Shown in pieces: positions 1 to 9,547 of a stretch of DNA of 32,000 nt. The notes below the pieces were generated by a model, which was not told where the DNA came from, did not search any database, and was given only the letters and a program-made list of their open reading frames with translations. Where the stretch lies: the NCBI GenBank assembly GCA_031316235.1, contig JALDRA010000001.1:4080001-4112000 (forward strand), given 5' to 3'. Both the position numbers and the translations under genes were made by a program. The stretch's first letter is position 1; the number at the start of each line of letters is the position of its first letter. The stretch comes from Candidatus Scalindua sp. Lineage in GTDB: Bacteria; Planctomycetota; Brocadiia; Brocadiales; Scalinduaceae.

Positions 1-958
1 GTCCAAACATCTGGCGTAAATAGCTCCTCGGAGCCCACCGTGGCGGGATGTAATAAACGTTTGGTTCCGTACCAAATTGAGGATACAGCGGCAACGCTAC
101 CCTATGAATATGGATCAACCAGTCCAGCGGATTCTTCGGATCCGGTTTTGTGTAGTCACCCGTCAGCAACCCGTTGAGCCTGATCTTCCCGACACAGGCA
201 GCCATACATCTCGCCTCCATCCTTCTCCCCTTGGTTATGGGGTCCTTACCTTCAACTCGGGGATAACATGCAATGCACTTCTCTGAAATACGTGTTTCTC
301 CCCTGTACATGGGTTTTTTGTATGGGCACTGCTCTACACACTTCCTGTACCCCCTGCATCGCTTCTGATCTATCAAGACAATCCCGTCCTCTTTCCTTTT
401 ATAGATTGCCTTCCTTGGACAGGCTGCAAGGCAAGCTGGATAAGTGCAGTGGTTACAGATCCGTTGAAGATAGAAAAACCATCTCTTGTGCTCCGGAAGC
501 TCAGATGACTCACTTGCCGCTTCCGTCTCATAGTTTGTCTTCTCACTTGATGCGGTATCTTCATAGATATTTGGAAATCTCCACTCCTTATCGTCCGGTA
601 TATACCCAACTGCCACCTGATTGAGACCCTTTGTCTGGGCCAGCTCAAAGATCGTGTCGCTGTTATAAAGCCCATAAGGTGCAGCAACAGCGTCTTTGTC
701 ATCATCAGACGTAAACCACTCCATCGGGTTATTACCATTATCCCACAGCAGCTGCAATATCTTATGATCCCAGAATTGCGGATAACCCCCATATGGCTTC
801 GTTTCTACATTATTCCACCACATATACTCCTGCCCCTTACTATAGGTCCATGTACTTTTGTGGGCCATCGTACAGGTCTGACAGGCTATACACCTGTTGA
901 TATTAAAAACAGCTGCAAATTGCTGTTTTGGTCTTGACTCAAAATATGGATACTCCAT
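1..958 (-). CDS. narH: Type II DMSO-reductase-family Fe-S (beta) subunit, NarH/NxrB/EbdB-like. Only the N-terminal 319 codons are present; the ORF runs off the window start and is absent from the supplied ORF track.
   Basis: Own minus-strand translation from ATG at 958 (GGAAGGAAG just upstream), open to position 2 with no stop: MEYPYFESRPKQQFAAVFNINRCIACQTCTMAHKSTWTYSKGQEYMWWNNVETKPYGGYP...HKRWFFYLQRICNHCTYPACLAACPRKAIYKRKEDGIVLIDQKRCRGYRKCVEQCPYKKPMYRGETRISEKCIACYPRVEGKDPITKGRRMEARCMAACVGKIRLNGL...LPLYPQFGTEPNVYYIPPRWAPRSYLRQMFG. The four ferredoxin-type Cys groups occur in NarH order. Confidence 0.85.
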   Translation of the reverse strand, partial: MEYPYFESRPKQQFAAVFNINRCIACQTCTMAHKSTWTYSKGQEYMWWNNVETKPYGGYPQFWDHKILQLLWDNGNNPMEWFTSDDDKDAVAAPYGLYNSDTIFELAQTKGLNQVAVGYIPDDKEWRFPNIYEDTASSEKTNYETEAASESSELPEHKRWFFYLQRICNHCTYPACLAACPRKAIYKRKEDGIVLIDQKRCRGYRKCVEQCPYKKPMYRGETRISEKCIACYPRVEGKDPITKGRRMEARCMAACVGKIRLNGLLTGDYTKPDPKNPLDWLIHIHRVALPLYPQFGTEPNVYYIPPRWAPRSYLRQMFG

Positions 959-1056
959 CTTCCTTCCAAGATGCCAATTGTGAACAAGCGTCATTATACC
1001 CCTCCTTAAAATCTATAATTTTTCGTCCATCTAGTATGTTTATTATAACATCTCTT

Positions 1057-2010
1057 TTATTCCAGATATTTCACCGTTTCCAGCTTAATAGGATTCCATC
1101 TTGTGCTGATTGATTTCTGACCGTTCCTGTCACCCTCTTCACCGTCCCAGACTGCAACATTAAAAAAAGTCTCCACCCCGGGTATAAACTGAACATCGCT
1201 AGTATCAGCAGTGACCAGGCTCCTGTACATAGTCACATTCCACCCATCACCATTCCAGTTACCTTGTCCCTGCACATCCTGATGCTCTTGTGTAGTCAGC
1301 GTACTGAACCCGATAGCGTTCAGATCTTCAACGGTAGTTCCTTTATTCGGCTGCGAAAGCAAATTCCCTGCAGCCCTTCCACCGGATATAAGTGGTATGC
1401 TGTGATACTCTTGATCGTGAAAATGCAAAGGATGAGTATGGAAATCATAATCGGTAAACATATCCGGATATTGATCTTCCATGTGCTCGAACCCACACTC
1501 TGAATCCAATTCTCTTTCCCAATCAGCTTTCCAGTGCCAGATATTCACAGGCTTCCCCCTGTCTCCCATCCTTGGACTAAACGGTGTGTCCGGCGAAATG
1601 GTAACAATATCCAGCGGAAACATCATGCCTACTGCATCGCGAAACAGATGGTCGGCAATAATTCGATCGTTTTTTGTTTTATCACTCCACTTGAAATTAA
1701 AAAATATCCTGTCACCATTGTGCACCCCTCTTACTTCCAGGGCACTTACCGTACCTCCTCCGTTAGGAAACGCCCTGTCCTGCATCTGCAGCTCAATCGT
1801 AAGAGGTTCGGATTGAGCAAATGCCTTATCAATCGAATCGAGATCAGCATTGATATATTTAACAACAAGCCCTTTCTCCCTCGGTATATTTTCCTCCACA
1901 GTTGCTTCTGAGTCCAACTCCTGTGAAAAAGCTCTATCATTTAAACTAAAAAACAGCGTGGCACCAGCGAACATACACAGGACAGATTTAAACAACAGTT
2001 TATTCAGCAT
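1057..2010 (-). CDS. EB_dh-domain haem-b (gamma) subunit of a type II DMSO-reductase-family enzyme (NxrC/EbdC/SerC-like), secreted
   Basis: 317-aa ORF with ATG start and a G-rich SD (GGGGGAGGGGG) upstream. Sec-type signal MLNKLLFKSVLCMFAGATLFFSLNDRAFS/QE. EB_dh-like blocks FNFKWSD, FRDAVGMMFPL, NIWHWKADW and NVAVWDGEEGDRNGQKSISTRW. Lies 98 nt upstream of the NarH-like gene on the same strand. Confidence 0.8.
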   Translation of the reverse strand: MLNKLLFKSVLCMFAGATLFFSLNDRAFSQELDSEATVEENIPREKGLVVKYINADLDSIDKAFAQSEPLTIELQMQDRAFPNGGGTVSALEVRGVHNGDRIFFNFKWSDKTKNDRIIADHLFRDAVGMMFPLDIVTISPDTPFSPRMGDRGKPVNIWHWKADWERELDSECGFEHMEDQYPDMFTDYDFHTHPLHFHDQEYHSIPLISGGRAAGNLLSQPNKGTTVEDLNAIGFSTLTTQEHQDVQGQGNWNGDGWNVTMYRSLVTADTSDVQFIPGVETFFNVAVWDGEEGDRNGQKSISTRWNPIKLETVKYLE

Positions 2011-2577
2011 AATCGGTATACCCCCTCCCCCATATTTATTACATTAAATTTAATTCAACAATATGCGACTAAAAGTTTGGAATACAAGCTACCAAAAAAA
2101 TAAAGCCAACGCAAACATAAAAACAAACTTTCTCTTAAATTACTCATTAAAAAAGAAAACAGATTATTTGTTCAGCAGAAAATAGTAACATTCAAAAAAT
2201 TCGCAATTAATATGCCATAAATCCTGGGCAAATGTCCGGGTTTTACCTTTTTGGGTTTAACCTTCTTTTTTGTAACGATTAAGAGCTGCGCAATTGAATG
2301 TATACTCAACCGTATCACTTCATTAGATCTCACCCCAGTGCGACATATTGACAAAAAAATCAATACAGCATGACGAAACTCATGACAATTTGTCATTTTT
2401 GAGTAAAAAAGGTAAAAGCTGTGGCCACTGTCGGGAAAATGACAGAGAGATGTCCCGTGCAATTTTCCTGATAATCTTGCGCAAGGTTTACCGTTAAACA
2501 GAAAATTCAGATCCAGCCGGGTACAGAAAAAATATCGATTACTCTCAGCTCTTATTGAGAACGCTCCGTAAAGAGGG

Positions 2578-4230
2578 TTATTTTTCGAGTACTCTTTCCA
2601 ATTCACTTAACGTAGTAACTCCCTTCGCCATTTTGCTAACCCCGTCACTCCAAAAGGTTTTCATACCATTGTTAACAGCTTCCTGCTCAATGATATTCGA
2701 GCTCTCATGGTTAATAATCAATTTTCTGATAGCATCATTTACAACAAGTAATTCCGAAACAGCAACCCTCCCAGCATAACCGGTATGACCGCATTCATCA
2801 CAACCATTTGCTTTGTAGATTGTACAGTCTTCAGTCACACCCATTCTCATTTTAGTGACCTTATCCATGGAATGCTCTATTTTGCAGGTACAAAGTTTTC
2901 TTAAGAGTCTTTGAGCAAGCACCGCTATGACACAAGTAGAAATTAGATAGTCTTCGACCCCCATGTCAAGTAATCTTCCAAAGGTAGAAGCGCAATCGTT
3001 GGTATGGAGTGTCGAGAGCACAAGGTGTCCGGTCAAAGCTGATTGTATTGAGATACCTGCCGTATCTTTGTCCCTGATTTCACCAACAAGGATCACATCG
3101 GGATCATGCCTTAAAATAGAACGAAGACCCGTTGCAAAACTGAGGTTGATCTTATGGTTAACCTGTATCTGGTTGACACCCTCAATGCTATACTCCACAG
3201 GGTCCTCGATAGTTACAATCTTTAATGCAGGTGATATTATCTCCTTGAGTGCGGCATAGAGTGTCGTAGTCTTTCCGCTTCCCGTGGGACCGGTAACCAG
3301 TAGCATACCTTCTGGTTTTTTTATGAGGTTTTTTAAATTTTCCAGGATAACACCTTCAAAACCGAGCTTTACCAAATCCAGAGATACATTGGACTTGTCC
3401 AGAATACGAAGAACAATACCCTCTCCATATAACATTGGGATGACCGATACCCTGACATCAATTTCCCTCCCCCCGACCTTTAACCGGATTCTCCCATCTT
3501 GAGGAAGTCTCTTCTCGGCGATATTCAAGTTAGACATTATCTTGATCCGGTTAATCGTTGCAAAATACAAATCACGGGTTGGGGGTGTATAGTCTCTGAG
3601 GACACCATCAAGCCGGTATCGCAACCTCGGCTGGTTTTCAAACATCTCAATATGGATATCACTGGAACCAATTTCGAGAGCCTTATTGAGGATGTTATTT
3701 ACCAATCTTACTACAGGAGCTTCTAATGCCAGGTCTTTTAACTTTTCCAGATCATCGGCAACTTCTGATTCAAATCCATACGCAACACTTTCTCCCTGCT
3801 CTGTGCTGTATACTTCCTCAATAGCAGTAATAATATCTTTTTCACAGCCAATAAAGATGTTTAACTGCTTTTTTGTCGACGTCTCTATGAGTTCTATGAG
3901 CGAACGGTCTGAGGGATCTGCAAACACAATATCAACAGAACCGTTGTGCTGCTTGAGAGGTAATATCCTGTTAGATGACAGGAACGTAATTGGCAGAAAT
4001 TCAATTACTTCAAACTTCTCCCCCCTTTTCATTTCCCAGATAGGCAGGTTAAATATCTGCCCGAATGAATCCCGCAGATCTTCCTCGGATATAATTCCGA
4101 GATTCAATAAAATCCGGTCTACTCTTTCGTGAGTTTCCTTTTGAAGATGTCTCACTTTTTCAACATCTGCTTCTGATATCTTGTCTGTTTGCAAGATTAC
4201 ATTGAGTAATTTGTCTTCTAATCCTCGCAT
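2578..4230 (-). CDS. gspE: Type II secretion / type IV pilus assembly ATPase, GspE/PilB family
   Basis: 550 aa, ATG start. Walker A GPTGSGKTT, Asp/Walker B region DPDVILVGEIRD, His box LTGHLVLSTLHTND. C-terminal tetracysteine CTCK...GCDECGHTGYAGR. N-terminal MshEN/T2SSE_N-like domain. Confidence 0.9.
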   Translation of the reverse strand: MRGLEDKLLNVILQTDKISEADVEKVRHLQKETHERVDRILLNLGIISEEDLRDSFGQIFNLPIWEMKRGEKFEVIEFLPITFLSSNRILPLKQHNGSVDIVFADPSDRSLIELIETSTKKQLNIFIGCEKDIITAIEEVYSTEQGESVAYGFESEVADDLEKLKDLALEAPVVRLVNNILNKALEIGSSDIHIEMFENQPRLRYRLDGVLRDYTPPTRDLYFATINRIKIMSNLNIAEKRLPQDGRIRLKVGGREIDVRVSVIPMLYGEGIVLRILDKSNVSLDLVKLGFEGVILENLKNLIKKPEGMLLVTGPTGSGKTTTLYAALKEIISPALKIVTIEDPVEYSIEGVNQIQVNHKINLSFATGLRSILRHDPDVILVGEIRDKDTAGISIQSALTGHLVLSTLHTNDCASTFGRLLDMGVEDYLISTCVIAVLAQRLLRKLCTCKIEHSMDKVTKMRMGVTEDCTIYKANGCDECGHTGYAGRVAVSELLVVNDAIRKLIINHESSNIIEQEAVNNGMKTFWSDGVSKMAKGVTTLSELERVLEK

Positions 4231-4388
4231 GGTAATTCTATGGGATTCAAGGATACGTTACAAAATTGCAGGAGCCCCACATGCATCCGGTGTGGCCCTG
4301 ATAGAATGCTATATCATCATAAATGTGTCACTTCATGCACACTCTGCGAAACCTCCCGACAGCTGAATGGAAGAAGATGTGGCATATT

Positions 4389-4829
4389 TTACTCCCAGCT
4401 GACAATATCAGCATCCTCATCTGTTCCACCTTCGCTGCCATCAGCACCGTAAGAGAGCAAATCATAATCTCCATGCTCGCCCGGATATTTATAAACGTAC
4501 TCTGCACCCCATGGATCATTCGGTATTACACTTTTCTTCAGATAGGGGCCGTTCCAGTTTTTTGTCCCATCAGACTTTGTAATCAAAGCGTTCATACCCG
4601 CTTCCTGTGAGGGGTATTTACCCGTGTCCAACCTGTACATATCCAAGGCAGTGGATAACAGTTCTATCTGTGCCTTTGCTGCCGTCTGTTTTGATGTCCC
4701 GACTTTGCCTATTAATTTTGGCACAATAAATGCCGCCAGCAAGCCTATAATGACCATCACTATTAAGAGCTCAATCAAGGTAAATCCATTGACACCTGTA
4801 CGCCTCACTTTTTTTTCCTTTTTATCCAT
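4389..4829 (-). CDS. gspG: Type II secretion major pseudopilin GspG
   Basis: 146 aa, ATG start. Prepilin leader and cleavage site ...GVNG/FTLIELLIVMVIIGLLAA. GspG-type C-terminal domain NGPYL...NDPWGAEYVYKYPGEHGDYDLLSYGADG. Confidence 0.9.
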   Translation of the reverse strand: MDKKEKKVRRTGVNGFTLIELLIVMVIIGLLAAFIVPKLIGKVGTSKQTAAKAQIELLSTALDMYRLDTGKYPSQEAGMNALITKSDGTKNWNGPYLKKSVIPNDPWGAEYVYKYPGEHGDYDLLSYGADGSEGGTDEDADIVSWE

Positions 4830-4977
4830 TTTTTACATATCCTCTCTCAAAAAAATGTAATTATAGCAGCTCTTGCCCTTCTGAGTTTATCGCAAAATAC
4901 CATACCAGTCAATATACTTTTACCATACGAACACGCAAACAGATGCGTAGAATAATGAACAAGAATCATTGTACACA

Positions 4978-6093
4978 CTAGAGAAAGTTCTTCGCCACCT
5001 CAATTCGTTTTGCTATTGGAGGATGGTCGTAAAAAAGTAATTCAATAATTCTGTTAGGAGCCCTGTCCGCAAGATTTTGATCTGCCAGCTTGTTCATCGT
5101 AGAAATAAAGGCCTGAGGATTGTTTGTCTTTATTATCGCGTATTTGTCACATGCGCGCTCCCACCTCCTGCTGCAGGCGTTCTGAATTGGCAGCAGAAGT
5201 AATCCAAAAAAGGCAAAAACAATACAGAGAAGAGGAAATGCCGCTATATCGTGGATATATTGGAATCCGAAATATGTCAGTACATTTATCACCACATAAT
5301 GACACAATGCAAATCCTGCAAAGCTCGTTATAACTCCAATAGCTAAAAGTTTCCATATGTGATGGTATACATGGTGGCCTAATTCGTGAGCAAAAACGGA
5401 GTTTATCTCAGCAGATGAATATGATTCTAATAGAGTATCACCCAAGAGCACCCTCCTCGTGCTCCCAAGACCTGCAAGTGCAGCATTCGCCTTCTTTGTG
5501 TTTTTACTCAGATTAATTTTATAGACCCCCTCAATAGTTATGCCTGTGCCTTCCGCAAGCTTGAGAAACCCCTCTTTGATATCTACCCTCTCAATAGGCA
5601 CCATTTTATAAAAGAGCGGCAAGATAAGTACCGGAGCAAGCTTTGCCATAATGATCGAGAAGAAAATCCAGACTATTGAGGTAAGGATCCACCATGAACC
5701 TGGAAAATTTCTCAGGAACAGGTACATTATCTCTCCTAAAAAAATAAGGAAAACAACTGAAAGGAGAAATTTCTTGAGCTCGTCCCTGATCCACCCCAGA
5801 AATGTCTGATTAGACAATTTGAATAGATGTTCAAGAATAAACCCGCTATAGAGCTGAAGGGGCATTGTGAACAGTTCAAGCAAAAGAATGAAGGCAAAGA
5901 GGTAAAGGGCGATCAGGAGGTACTGATTGGTCGTAATAAACCAGAGGTAGTACTTGAGGATATTTGAACCTAAGAGTGCCATAAATACCAGATATAAAAT
6001 AGTAACACACGCACCTGACAATAGTGATATATTTTTTTGTGCAGAATATTTTTTAGATAGATGCAAAGCCTTATCTTTTTCGTTATTCGACAT
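4978..6093 (-). CDS. M48 family (Ste24/HtpX-like) integral-membrane zinc metallopeptidase
   Basis: HEXXH motif HELGHH. Several N-terminal TM helices and a C-terminal soluble tail. The ORF-track start at 6102 is a GTG; the first ATG at 6093 is preceded by AGGAAGTGAG, so I prefer it. Confidence 0.85.
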   Translation of the reverse strand: MSNNEKDKALHLSKKYSAQKNISLLSGACVTILYLVFMALLGSNILKYYLWFITTNQYLLIALYLFAFILLLELFTMPLQLYSGFILEHLFKLSNQTFLGWIRDELKKFLLSVVFLIFLGEIMYLFLRNFPGSWWILTSIVWIFFSIIMAKLAPVLILPLFYKMVPIERVDIKEGFLKLAEGTGITIEGVYKINLSKNTKKANAALAGLGSTRRVLLGDTLLESYSSAEINSVFAHELGHHVYHHIWKLLAIGVITSFAGFALCHYVVINVLTYFGFQYIHDIAAFPLLCIVFAFFGLLLLPIQNACSRRWERACDKYAIIKTNNPQAFISTMNKLADQNLADRAPNRIIELLFYDHPPIAKRIEVAKNFL

Positions 6094-6184
6094 GTCTCTC
6101 ACTTCCTGTTTAAATACTTGCTGTACTCATCTTATAACGGGAAGGTGCCTCGGATTCCTCTCGATGTATAGGTCAGCTCATGCT

Positions 6185-7096
6185 CTACCGTACCTGCCCA
6201 TCATTCTTCAAAAACCCGTTTACCTCTTGAAGGTTGGGTATTGCCGTTCTGCCACCTATCTTTCTGCATTTAAGGGCTGCTGCAGCCGAAGCAAATCGTA
6301 CCGCTCTTCTCAATTCCCAGTTTTTCAGTAATCCATAGATAAAAGCCCCATGAAACACATCTCCACATCCCGTCGTATCGACAGCCTTAACCTGAAACGC
6401 CGGTAGATAAAAAAACTCCCTGTTGGTAACCGTGAGACTCCCCTTATCACCAAGCGTTACAATAACAGCCTTCGGCCCAAGTTTCAGCAACTCTCTTGCC
6501 GCCTCTTCAGCTGCATCTCTATGGTAAAACTGGCACACAAAATCTTCCGAAGTTATATAGTAATCTGCTAATCCCGCAACTTCAAGAGATCCCTCTCTGA
6601 AGCTGCCTGCATCCACAGCCACTAATACTCCCGCATCCCGGGCACACCGTGCGGCCTCCAGAGAGCCTTCAATCATAAGTTCGTCCAGATGAAGAACCCG
6701 TGCGCACCTGATTAAATCCTTATTTACCTCTTCAGGGCTAAATGGTGATACTGTTGCCTTTGACCAGAAGATGGTCCTTTCCCCGCTTTTTTTCTCTATT
6801 GGAATAAACGCAAATTGAGATTTCTTCCCATTTTCGACTACCAGGTGATCAATATTCACCCCCTCTTCACGCAGGCCATCCTGGATAAGTTTACCAAAAT
6901 AGTCATCAGATATTTTACCAATGAACGAAGTAGAAACTCCCAGTCTCGAAAGGGTAACCAGAGCAGTAGCAACCGGTCCTCCCCCCTGTATGGTAAGATC
7001 GGCCACCTCTCTTTTCATATTGATACCTGGATACTTTTCAACTCTTCCAAGGTAATCAACAGAGCACTGCCCTAATCCGACTACTTCATATCTCAT
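6185..7096 (-). CDS. PfkB/ribokinase-family carbohydrate kinase (substrate not assignable)
   Basis: 303 aa, ATG start. N-terminal GG motif (IQGGGPVATA). C-terminal PfkB signature DTTGCGDVFHGAF. Confidence 0.85.
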   Translation of the reverse strand: MRYEVVGLGQCSVDYLGRVEKYPGINMKREVADLTIQGGGPVATALVTLSRLGVSTSFIGKISDDYFGKLIQDGLREEGVNIDHLVVENGKKSQFAFIPIEKKSGERTIFWSKATVSPFSPEEVNKDLIRCARVLHLDELMIEGSLEAARCARDAGVLVAVDAGSFREGSLEVAGLADYYITSEDFVCQFYHRDAAEEAARELLKLGPKAVIVTLGDKGSLTVTNREFFYLPAFQVKAVDTTGCGDVFHGAFIYGLLKNWELRRAVRFASAAAALKCRKIGGRTAIPNLQEVNGFLKNDGQVR

Positions 7097-7121
7097 ACAT
7101 TATTTAATGGTTGAACCAAAA

Positions 7122-8153
7122 CTAGCCATCTGCTGTGTTGTTACTTTTCACTATCAGGCCCAGATCCTTTATCATTTGAAAATCATCCTCTGGTGTTTTC
7201 CCCTTTGTAGTCAGGTAATTACCGATCATGGTGCTGTTTGCACCTGCGTAAAAAATCCAGCTCTGCAGATCACGTAAATTTGCCTCTCTTCCCCCTGCAA
7301 TCTTTAGCTCCTTGTCTGGAAATATGAAGCGAAAGACAGCGATGGTCTGGAGAATCTTCATGGGCGTTAATGATTTTTCCAGATACAAGGGTGTACCGGA
7401 AACCGGATTAAGGAAATTGAGCGGTATCGCATCTACATCAAGCGCCTTCAATGCAAAAGCCAAATCGAGCCTATCCGCAACACCCTCTCCCACTCCGAAT
7501 ATGCCTCCACTGCATATTGCCATACCGGCCTGTTTTGCGATCTTGATTGTCTCTACCCTTTCTTTATAAGAGTGCGTGGTACATATAGTTGGATAAAAAC
7601 TCTCTGAAGTCTCAAGATTATGGTTTACCATTTCAACTCCGCTGTCTGCAAGCTTTTCAGCCATTACTTCTGTAATAACGCCAACAGAAGTGTGTATCGG
7701 CACCCCCTCTTCCTTTGACATCTCAGCTATGTAGCCGCACATTGTATCAAAATCTTTGCTGCCATCAAGGCCATAACCGCTTGTTACCGCTCCGATGCAG
7801 TCTGCTTTCAATTTTTTTCCGCCTTTAACTGCCCGGGCAAATTCTTCCTTTTTCATTAAAGGGAAATTTGATATATCTGTTTTATATCTACTTGACTGTG
7901 AACAGAATGTACAATCCTCTGTACACCCTCCCTGTTTGATACTTATTATCGAACAATAGCTGATAACATTCTGGAAGAAGTGGTAGCGGATACGGTTTGC
8001 CCAATAAAAGAGGTCGTAAACCTCATTCTCCTCTAACGTCATCAGGAAATATGCATCATCATAAGAAATTTCTTTTCCCCTCATCGCTCTATCCGCAATT
8101 TTTTGTATCTTTGCATTCATAATTTCAACAGCACCGAGATAAAATTTTATCAC
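7122..8153 (-). CDS. bioB: Biotin synthase (radical SAM)
   Basis: Radical-SAM CxxxCxxC in BioB context (GGCTEDCTFCSQSSRY), with downstream BioB-like blocks. The ORF-track start at 8153 is a GTG. An ATG at 8120 (MNAKIQKIADRA...) is the more likely start. Confidence 0.9.
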   Translation of the reverse strand: MIKFYLGAVEIMNAKIQKIADRAMRGKEISYDDAYFLMTLEENEVYDLFYWANRIRYHFFQNVISYCSIISIKQGGCTEDCTFCSQSSRYKTDISNFPLMKKEEFARAVKGGKKLKADCIGAVTSGYGLDGSKDFDTMCGYIAEMSKEEGVPIHTSVGVITEVMAEKLADSGVEMVNHNLETSESFYPTICTTHSYKERVETIKIAKQAGMAICSGGIFGVGEGVADRLDLAFALKALDVDAIPLNFLNPVSGTPLYLEKSLTPMKILQTIAVFRFIFPDKELKIAGGREANLRDLQSWIFYAGANSTMIGNYLTTKGKTPEDDFQMIKDLGLIVKSNNTADG

Positions 8154-8206
8154 TATACATTTGCTCTACCCATTGAATATTCCAGCAGTGCAGGGTGAAT
8201 TCCCTC

Positions 8207-9223
8207 TTACCCACCTTTCTGCAGTTCTCTATATTTCTTACTGATCGTGTCCCAGACTATTTCCGGCTGATCCGAACTAATATAAGACATACACGCACCT
8301 GCATCAAAGCACCAGGTGGCCATATTCCTCACACCCGAATCAAAGGCACTTCCAATCGCAGTAGAAACTTCCGGCTCTCTCCCCTCGGGGACTCTGAAAC
8401 CCTGTATCCAGATTTGAGGTTCTTTATGATACCTCTCACAAAGCTGTACAACCTCCTTCGAAATCCGTCCAACAAAATCCTCTACCTCTTTCCCGTAACA
8501 GAACCAGTAAGGATCGCTTCCAAATATATCTATGTTCTCCATCTTTGCAATTTTTTCCCACTGATAAAGCCCATACTTAGGTTCAGGCATTGGAAGCACA
8601 CAGATGGAATTTATTAACCCCTTTTTTGCAGAAGAGTTTGATAGGAATTCTATAAAATTCACTATCGTGTTCTGTCTGAACTCTTTGACATCTTCAGAAA
8701 ATTCTATGGGCATTTCATATCCATAATAATCCCTGAAAAGATCTTTACAGGTAAGGCACGTGCATCCCCATACAATTTTTTTCTTACCAAAGAGATCAGA
8801 CAATTCCCCATAATAAAGATGTGGTTCATCCCAAAAGACTCCCTCCGCTCCTGTATGTGCAGCGAGTTCTATCCATTGTAGCATATTGTCCCTGAAAGAT
8901 TTTGCGTTCAAACACGCCTTATTAACCTTAATTTCTCCTTCCGTAAAGCTTAACCTCTGCCTCGATTCAGGAAACAGCTTGACAAAGGCAGAAAATGATT
9001 CACCACCAAAAACTCTTCCCACCCCCCAGGGATCCAGAAACACCTCCAGACCCAGGTCCCTGCTCACCTTTACAATATCAACCATATTCCGGGAGTGATA
9101 GACAACATCATGTTCACTCATCGTATGTACAACAAAATTACACCCATCATGAATCATTCTTCCCATATCTTCCTTAACATGCCGCAATATCCTGCTGCCA
9201 AAATAGCTCGCTCCAAGTTTCAT
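8207..9223 (-). CDS. Hypothetical protein; weak resemblance to a clan GH-A-type TIM-barrel hydrolase
   Basis: 338-aa ORF with ATG start, co-directional with its neighbours. A WDEP motif (GVFWDEPHLYYG) and alternating beta/alpha-like pattern give only weak functional support. Confidence 0.6.
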   Translation of the reverse strand: MKLGASYFGSRILRHVKEDMGRMIHDGCNFVVHTMSEHDVVYHSRNMVDIVKVSRDLGLEVFLDPWGVGRVFGGESFSAFVKLFPESRQRLSFTEGEIKVNKACLNAKSFRDNMLQWIELAAHTGAEGVFWDEPHLYYGELSDLFGKKKIVWGCTCLTCKDLFRDYYGYEMPIEFSEDVKEFRQNTIVNFIEFLSNSSAKKGLINSICVLPMPEPKYGLYQWEKIAKMENIDIFGSDPYWFCYGKEVEDFVGRISKEVVQLCERYHKEPQIWIQGFRVPEGREPEVSTAIGSAFDSGVRNMATWCFDAGACMSYISSDQPEIVWDTISKKYRELQKGG

Positions 9224-9547
9224 GGGAATAGGTATCCTTTCATTTTACCGACACAGACGTTTATTTGATCGATACAATCGAGTAACTCTATGAGCAGGAT
9301 TTATTATAAGAGTTAGGAGGACAAAAACAATGAGAAAATCACAGCACAATAACCTATTGACATCTTACATCGTTTTCCCATTGTGTGTCGGGAATTAGAC
9401 TCCTGCAAGCTTTCACACCAGACGGGAGGGGTTTTCTGCACACCTGATTCTCCTACCTCTTTTTTAAACTCCCTGAATACGGTGAAGTACACTCGCCATG
9501 GGGGGTATCATGTCAGGCTGAGCTTCGGTGACGAGTACCCCGTTTTT

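Noticed and set aside
77-792. Track ORFs 77-286(+), 268-624(+) and 373-792(-)
   Set aside because: All three are embedded in the 319-codon open NarH-like frame (minus strand, 958 down to 2). That frame has unmistakable Fe-S motifs. These ORFs lie in other frames or on the other strand and have no features.
2348-2363. TTGAC-N6-ATCAA, resembling an FNR/CRP-type box upstream of the NXR-like genes
   Set aside because: The spacer is 6 nt (a run of A) rather than the 4 nt of the TTGAT-N4-ATCAA consensus, so it does not fit an FNR/CRP site. The nearby atgaca-att-tgtcat palindrome (2382-2396) is too short to interpret.
2172-2606. 144-aa ORF in the spacer between gspE and the EB_dh gene
   Set aside because: It overlaps the gspE 3' end and has no SD or recognisable motif. 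Its composition is Cys/Phe/Ser-rich, as expected from translating AT-rich non-coding DNA. The region is more plausibly the promoter/leader of the NXR-like genes.
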